Of a stretch of 64,000 bases of DNA, positions 58,231 through 64,000 are shown one piece after another; position 1 is the stretch's first letter; each line of letters begins with the position of its first letter. The notes under the pieces are model-generated. The model was given only the letters and a program-made list of their open reading frames with translations. It did not search any database and had not been told where the DNA came from. This stretch comes from an uncultured bacterium (GTDB lineage Bacteria > Oederibacteriota > Oederibacteriia > Oederibacteriales > Oederibacteriaceae): positions 2,688,001-2,752,000 of the forward strand of contig OZ218778.1 in the NCBI GenBank assembly GCA_965112635.1, in the 5' to 3' direction. The position numbers were made by a program, and so were the translations under genes.

Positions 58231-60360
58231 TTAACCTACGAAGGCCTCATGACTGTCATAAACAAGTTTAACCTTGTCCGGCACCCGGCCTTCTTCCTCA
58301 AAAATGACCAGCTCGTTCTTGCCTTTAAGCCATGGCTCCGGCAAATAATAATCCCGCTGGGGCTTGGGCTGCCAGTAACGGCCCACATTCCTGCCATTGA
58401 GATATATCTGGCCTTTGGACATTCCATCCATCCTGAGCCTGACCGGATAGGCCGGCCAACCCAGGTCAAAGGTCGTGCGCCATATTTTCAATGGGCCAAG
58501 CTTCTTCCTCTGGCCATGCTCCAGAGTCTCAAAGGGTGCAAAAAGGATTTCGCCTTTGAGCTCTGCCCCGCCTTCAACGAACTTGCAATCCTTGAGGAAA
58601 GCCGTGTCCTGGCCCTCTTGAAAGAGTTCTACTTCATTGACACCCGGCTTGACGAACTTAGTGACCTCCACTTCTAGGATGCCGGTGGCGATATGGCTAG
58701 GGCGTGCATAATAAACCTGCTTTCCGTTTATGAAAAGGCTCCTGTAAACCATATCCTTGGTAATGAATTCGGTAAAGTATCGCTTGCCCGCCTTGGCCTC
58801 AAAAGTAGTTTCGGCCAGGATAAACTCCCTGTCGTTCATGGGTTTAGCCGGCCACATTTTCTTTAACTCTCCCCCATGGCTGTAAATTTCCGCATCCCAC
58901 TGTTTATTGGGATAGAATTTGAACTTCTTTACTTTACTGACCACCCAGACAGGGTTGATCTTGACGCTGTCCGTGAACACAGGCCCGAAAATCCCTTTCA
59001 GCTCGCCTACCCGGAGGCTAAAGTTGAACCTGCCCATGTTGTCCACCAGGAACAACAGTTCGTTCTTACCCTTATTAAGCAATACCCTCACCGGCTCCTT
59101 GGATGCTGCCCTTCCAAAGGTGCCGTAATAACTTCCATTGGCAAAAACTTTGATCCTGTCTCCATATTGGGGAAAGTAAAGGGCTAAACTTTTGGCCTCA
59201 GCGGAATGCGCCAGGACTTTATAAAATCCGTAGCCCAGGTATCTTCCCAGTTTTTCAAAGGACTCGAACTTCTTTATTTTTTTCCACCCCTGGACCACCG
59301 GGTCAAAGTGAACCCATCTGGACAAAGTGGGGAGCTTGAGAAGTTTTTGGGGAGCCCGGGTCGGTTTGATACCCGGAGCCTTTTGTCCGTTCATGGCGTA
59401 GTTGACCTTGCTGAAATCGATGAACTTCTGAGTGATATTCCCGGCCTCTCCCAAAGGCGCGTGGAAATCGTATGTTGTGGGCATGAAAATGTGGTCGTCA
59501 GAACCAATGGTCCTTCCGCCCCAAAACCCGAAATTCGTGCCTCCGCAAAACATGTACTGGATATACATTCCGCCAATATCATTGATATCTTTAAGGTATT
59601 TGGCCATGACCTTTGGGTCTTTGGTGTTGTGGGAGTTGCCCCAGGAATCGAACCAGCCACACCAGAATTCCGTGATAATAAAGGGGTTTTTGGGGTAGGC
59701 TTTCCTATAGGCCTTGGAGATTTTCTTGAAATTCTCCCCGTTGTTGTGGGTCTGCAGTACACCCTTGATAGGTTGGGCCATGTGGTCGCAGGAACACAGA
59801 GGCACGTGGATGCCCCGTGCCCTCAGGCCATCACGCAGGTATTCCATGTACCTTTTACCTCCAAACCGCTTAGGGCAAAGATACTCGTTCTCTACCTGGA
59901 CCATGATAATGTTCCCTGCGTTGCCGAACTGGTGCTTGGCCACGATGGGGACGCAGCGGTCAAAATACTTGTCCACGGCCTCTAGGTAGGGACGGTTAAA
60001 AGTGCGTAGCCTTATACCCGGTTTAATGTTGAGCCAGGCAGGCAGTCCGCCGTTGTCCCACTCCGAACAGATATAGGGTCCGGGCCGCACAATGATATAC
60101 ATCCCGGCCTCTTCGCAGATCTTAAAATAGGCGTCCAGGTCCAGGTTACCCGAAAAATCAAATTCCCCCTCTCGGAACTCATGGGCGTTCCAGGCTAGAT
60201 AAGTTTCAATGGCATTGAGACCGGAAAGCTTTGCTTTATAGATCCTGTCCCGCCACAGTTCACGCGGCACCCTGAAATAATGGATGGCTCCGGCGGCGAT
60301 CCTTAACTTGCGCCCGCCTATGATGAAGTGGTCCTTATTGTAGGTTACCGGACTGTTCAT
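58231..60360 (-). CDS. Beta-galactosidase-like GH35
   Basis: GAIHYFRVP, ETYLAWNAHE, RPGPYICSEWDNGGLPAW, QVENEY, TEFWCGWF, YMFCGGTNFG. Confidence 0.92.
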   Translation of the reverse strand: MNSPVTYNKDHFIIGGRKLRIAAGAIHYFRVPRELWRDRIYKAKLSGLNAIETYLAWNAHEFREGEFDFSGNLDLDAYFKICEEAGMYIIVRPGPYICSEWDNGGLPAWLNIKPGIRLRTFNRPYLEAVDKYFDRCVPIVAKHQFGNAGNIIMVQVENEYLCPKRFGGKRYMEYLRDGLRARGIHVPLCSCDHMAQPIKGVLQTHNNGENFKKISKAYRKAYPKNPFIITEFWCGWFDSWGNSHNTKDPKVMAKYLKDINDIGGMYIQYMFCGGTNFGFWGGRTIGSDDHIFMPTTYDFHAPLGEAGNITQKFIDFSKVNYAMNGQKAPGIKPTRAPQKLLKLPTLSRWVHFDPVVQGWKKIKKFESFEKLGRYLGYGFYKVLAHSAEAKSLALYFPQYGDRIKVFANGSYYGTFGRAASKEPVRVLLNKGKNELLFLVDNMGRFNFSLRVGELKGIFGPVFTDSVKINPVWVVSKVKKFKFYPNKQWDAEIYSHGGELKKMWPAKPMNDREFILAETTFEAKAGKRYFTEFITKDMVYRSLFINGKQVYYARPSHIATGILEVEVTKFVKPGVNEVELFQEGQDTAFLKDCKFVEGGAELKGEILFAPFETLEHGQRKKLGPLKIWRTTFDLGWPAYPVRLRMDGMSKGQIYLNGRNVGRYWQPKPQRDYYLPEPWLKGKNELVIFEEEGRVPDKVKLVYDSHEAFVG

Positions 60361-61027
60361 GCTCCCTCCTTGTATTTTTAACCAAGCTGAAGAAATTTTT
60401 CAGGATCTTTGTTCCGTCCCCATGGTTCCTGTCGGTCTCCTCCGGATGGAACTGCACTCCCCAAATAGGTTTGCGGACATGGCGGAATGCTTGGAACCGG
60501 CAAGTGGTTGTGCTGGCCAGCAGTTTTATCTCCGGCCCCGGTGTTTTGATCTCACGGTAGTGATGCTCGTAAACCCAGATGACCTTGGGCAAGCCCTTAA
60601 ACAGGGGGTCGGCTTTTTTGATCCGTACCGGGTAAAACCCTATTTCATTGAAATATCCCGGCTTGCCCTGCGATTCCGGTTCGTTGGGCTTAAGCCTGCG
60701 CATGGGCGCCACCTTGGCCCCAAAAAACACGGCCAATAATTGCAATCCTCCGCAGATGCCCAACTGAGGCACAGTACAGTTCCTGACAGTTTCCCGGTAA
60801 GCTTTGTTCTTCATCACATCGTATTCTTCATAGTCCGTGCTGGTGCCACTGTGACAAATGGCCCAGGGCCTTATACGGGAAATGACCGCCGGGCTGATCT
60901 GCCTGTAATGCAGGACCAGGCAGGCGTCTTTGGCCGCTGCTTCAAAAATTTTGCGGTGCCGGGACCACTGCCTTCTCTTCCTGTATTCTTTATAGGTTTC
61001 CGTAACAACATAAAGGATCATACTCAA
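60335..61027 (-). CDS. Class I glutamine amidotransferase-like protein
   Basis: PQLGICGGLQLL nucleophile elbow, GVQFHPE. Confidence 0.88.
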   Translation of the reverse strand: MSMILYVVTETYKEYRKRRQWSRHRKIFEAAAKDACLVLHYRQISPAVISRIRPWAICHSGTSTDYEEYDVMKNKAYRETVRNCTVPQLGICGGLQLLAVFFGAKVAPMRRLKPNEPESQGKPGYFNEIGFYPVRIKKADPLFKGLPKVIWVYEHHYREIKTPGPEIKLLASTTTCRFQAFRHVRKPIWGVQFHPEETDRNHGDGTKILKNFFSLVKNTRREHEQSGNLQ

Positions 61028-61036
61028 CTCCCCTTG

Positions 61037-63673
61037 CTACTTGAGGCCGTCCTGCCATTCTTTGATTTTCTTCAAAGCTTCCATGGGAGTCACTGCATTC
61101 AGGTCTATCTCTTTGACCTCTTCTTCCACCCAGGAAGGTTCGCTAGGTTTGGATTCAAACAGGCTGATTTGCGGCGAAGGCGCTCCTTTGACCCAAGCCG
61201 GCTTGCCGCCCTCTTTATAATGCGCCTTTTCAAGGGCTGCCAAGACCTGCTTGGCCCGTCCCAGCACATCTTGAGGCAAACCCGCTAAACGGCCCACCTG
61301 GATGCCGTAACTCCGGTCGCAGCTGCCCTCCACTATCTTGCGGAGAAAAATGAGATGTTCGCGCCATTCTTTCACGGCCACGTTCATATTTTTGACACGG
61401 GGAAGGGTCAAGGGTAGTTCCGTAAGCTCGTAGTAATGCGTGGCAAAAAGGGTCCTGGCTTTTATTTTGTCGTGCAAAAACTCAGCCACGGCCCAGGCAA
61501 TGGAAACCCCGTCAAAAGTGGAAGTCCCCCGGCCTATTTCGTCCAGGATAACCAAAGATTTTTCCGTGGCTGAATGCAGGATGTTGGCGGTCTCTATCAT
61601 TTCCACCATAAAAGTGCTTTGCCCCCGCAGGAGCTGGTCTGAAGCACCCACCCGGGTGAACACCCTGTCCACCACCGGTAAAACGGCTGATTTAGCCGGC
61701 ACAAAACTCCCTATCTGGGCCATCAAGCTAATGAGGGCTGTCTGGCGCAGATAGGTGGACTTACCAGCCATATTGGGCCCGGTGATGAGCAGGATCTGGG
61801 TCTGTTCGTTGAACTCCGTGTCATTGGGGATGAACCCTTCGGACACTACGCGTTCCAGCACAGGATGCCTGCCCTGTTCGATGAAATACCTGCCGTTCTC
61901 GGTCATTTCCGGCTGGATATAGCTGTGGTCCAGGCCGACCCGGGCCAGACAGGCCAGGCTGTCCACCTCGGCCAAAGCCCGGGAAACCTGCTGCAGCTCC
62001 GGGATGGACTTGGCAACCGTGTCCCGAACCTGGACAAAGAGGTCGAACTCCAGGGAAAATATCTTTTCCTCGGCGCCCAGGACCAGCTCCTCGTGTTTTT
62101 TGAGCTCCGGCGTGATGAACCGCTCGGCGTTGACCAGGGTCTGTTTGCGGTCGTAATCATCAGGCACTTTGTCCAGGTTAGACTTGGAGATCTCGATGTA
62201 GTAGCCAAAAACCTGGTTGAACTGCACCTTGAGGGAACCGATGCCGGTGCGCTCCCGCTCCTTTTGCTGGAGCTGGGCGATCCACTCCTTGCCTCCCTTG
62301 CTGATATGGAGCAGGTCATCCAGCTCCTTGGAATATCCCGGCTTGATAAGCCTGCCTTCTTTGAGGGACAGGTTGGCGTCTTCTCGGATACTTTTCTCCA
62401 AAAGGGCCCCTAGCTCGTCCAAAGGCAACATCTCTTTATGAAGGGTTTTCAACCGCTTGGCACTGAACCCGGCCAGAACTTTTTTGACCGCTGGAACCTG
62501 CAATAAGGTCTGCTTGAGGGAAAGAAGGTCCCGGGCATGGGCGATCTGGCTGCCCACCCTGCCGCAAAGCCTTTCCAGGTCATGGACCTGCTGGAGGATC
62601 TCCGTAAGTCCGGTGAGCTCGGCCTGCTTTTGGCTGAATTCAGCCACAGCCCCGTGCCTTTCCCGGATGCCTGCCAGGCTAGTCAACGGGTGCAAGACCC
62701 AGTAGCGCAGCAGCCTGGCGCCCATGGCAGTCTGGGTCTGGTCTAAAACGGACAAAAGAGTCCCATCCACCCCGCCGGTATGCCGGCTCTGCACCAGCTC
62801 CAGATTTTCTTGGGTGGAACGGTCCAGGACCATGTAATTTTCCCTGGAATAAACCTTGATCTCCCGGATATGCTTGAGGGCCACTTTGTGGGTCTGGGAA
62901 AGGTAGTACAGGATGGCTCCTGCCGCTGGGATTCCAGCGTGGGATTTGGGCAGCCCAAAACCGTCCAAAGTCGGCACCTCAAAATAACGGGTCAGCCGCA
63001 TAAAAGCTTCCTCTGGTTCAAAAGCCCAGTCTTCCAGGGATTGGATGGAAGCATCCGGTATTTCCCTTCTCAGGAACTGGCAGAGCTCATCCTCGTCGTT
63101 CAGGGATTTTTCAGGGATCAGGCATTCGCGGGGAGAGAGTAGCCCCAGCTCGTCGCTCAGCTTTTGGAAACTCCCCTCCCCTTCGAACTGGACCACACTG
63201 AAAGCGCCCGTGGAAACATCAGCCAAAGCCAGGCCTATCCTGCCGCTGTTTTCAACCAGGGCAATGAGGTAATTGTTGGTCTTCTCCGATAGGAGGTTGT
63301 TCTCCAAAGCCGTGCCGGCCGTGACCACCCGGATGACGTCCCTTTTGACCAATCCCTTGGCCAGCTTGGGGTCCTCCACCTGGTCGCACAGGACCACGCG
63401 CTCGCCCCGGTTGACCAGCTTGGAAATGTAACTGTCCACGGCGTGAGCCGGCACCCCGCACATGGGCACTTTGATCTGCCGGCCCTCCCCGGAACTGCGG
63501 CTGGTCAGGGCGATCTCTAAAATTTTGGAGGCCTTTTTGGCATCCTCCCCGAACATCTCAAAAAAATCCCCCAGCCGGAAAAAAAGGATGCAGCCCGGGT
63601 ACTGTTTTTTGACATCATAGTATTGTTTCATCATGGGAGAACTGACGGCGGGTTCTTTGGTTTCTTCTTTCAT
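61037..63673 (-). CDS. mutS: DNA mismatch repair protein MutS
   Basis: SPMMKQY, FRLGDFFEMF, ITGPNMAGKSTYLRQ, STFMVEM, DEIGRGTSTFDG, ATHYYELT, SYGIQV. Confidence 0.97.
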   Translation of the reverse strand: MKEETKEPAVSSPMMKQYYDVKKQYPGCILFFRLGDFFEMFGEDAKKASKILEIALTSRSSGEGRQIKVPMCGVPAHAVDSYISKLVNRGERVVLCDQVEDPKLAKGLVKRDVIRVVTAGTALENNLLSEKTNNYLIALVENSGRIGLALADVSTGAFSVVQFEGEGSFQKLSDELGLLSPRECLIPEKSLNDEDELCQFLRREIPDASIQSLEDWAFEPEEAFMRLTRYFEVPTLDGFGLPKSHAGIPAAGAILYYLSQTHKVALKHIREIKVYSRENYMVLDRSTQENLELVQSRHTGGVDGTLLSVLDQTQTAMGARLLRYWVLHPLTSLAGIRERHGAVAEFSQKQAELTGLTEILQQVHDLERLCGRVGSQIAHARDLLSLKQTLLQVPAVKKVLAGFSAKRLKTLHKEMLPLDELGALLEKSIREDANLSLKEGRLIKPGYSKELDDLLHISKGGKEWIAQLQQKERERTGIGSLKVQFNQVFGYYIEISKSNLDKVPDDYDRKQTLVNAERFITPELKKHEELVLGAEEKIFSLEFDLFVQVRDTVAKSIPELQQVSRALAEVDSLACLARVGLDHSYIQPEMTENGRYFIEQGRHPVLERVVSEGFIPNDTEFNEQTQILLITGPNMAGKSTYLRQTALISLMAQIGSFVPAKSAVLPVVDRVFTRVGASDQLLRGQSTFMVEMIETANILHSATEKSLVILDEIGRGTSTFDGVSIAWAVAEFLHDKIKARTLFATHYYELTELPLTLPRVKNMNVAVKEWREHLIFLRKIVEGSCDRSYGIQVGRLAGLPQDVLGRAKQVLAALEKAHYKEGGKPAWVKGAPSPQISLFESKPSEPSWVEEEVKEIDLNAVTPMEALKKIKEWQDGLK

Positions 63674-63708
63674 TTACACCTCAATAAATAAACAAAGACT
63701 CTTCAAAT

Positions 63709-64000
63709 TTAAAAAACATAATCCACTCCTATTATTTTTTTTACCAAACTCCCTGTAGGTTGGCCAACCAAAAAACCTATATTAAGCCCAACATCTAAGA
63801 ATAACTTATTGTCAAAAAGAGATGCTGAAAGCCCAAAAACTAATGGAAATGCTAGAAGAAAAGAAGTTGTGTAATCATTATTAATTAGAATGCCAATGCC
63901 GGTTTCCCAATATGGACTTATTATCCATTTTGGGGACACTCGGAAATCAAAGGTTGTAGACAACCGCGCAGGGCTCACATAGGAACTTTTCAAAATAGGT
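63709..64000 (-). CDS. C-terminal part of an AT-rich gene, possibly an outer-membrane beta-barrel (truncated by the window)
   Basis: Open to the window end; amphipathic strands and terminal GVDYVF. Confidence 0.5.
   Translation of the reverse strand, partial: PILKSSYVSPARLSTTFDFRVSPKWIISPYWETGIGILINNDYTTSFLLAFPLVFGLSASLFDNKLFLDVGLNIGFLVGQPTGSLVKKIIGVDYVF

Overview
Chromosomal segment from a diderm bacterium of moderate GC content with strong Shine-Dalgarno signals. It is probably not Bacteroidota; the Thr-rich linker, CTD and short-PorV repertoire suggests an Elusimicrobiota/FCPU426/Goldbacteria-like lineage (inference only). Housekeeping genes include clpB (partial), degP, a tusA-like gene, tRNA-Leu(GAG), an M16 peptidase pair, trpS, an rluA-family gene, an ABC-F gene and mutS. 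These are mixed with many apparently cytoplasmic carbohydrate enzymes (GH78, GH35, GH5-like, AGE epimerase, sialate esterase, Gfo/Idh/MocA, TIM-barrel isomerase). The most notable block is a co-directional run of secreted proteins with T9SS-type C-terminal domains followed by PorV-like, ExbB, ExbD and a membrane-anchored CBM9-like protein. Five CTD-bearing cargos occur in the window, one split by an IS256 with a 9-bp TSD. Other items: a caspase/LPP20/DUF4384/TPR-barrel cluster whose caspase gene is frameshifted at a G8 tract; a RAYT-type HUH transposase bounded by perfect 20-bp inverted repeats; two inverted copies of a non-coding hairpin element carrying the same 25-bp insert in opposite end-hairpins; a structured element bounded by a duplicated tRNA 3' end; and a GGGGGATT/G-quadruplex-like array. 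No CRISPR array, rRNA, integrase or reverse transcriptase was seen.
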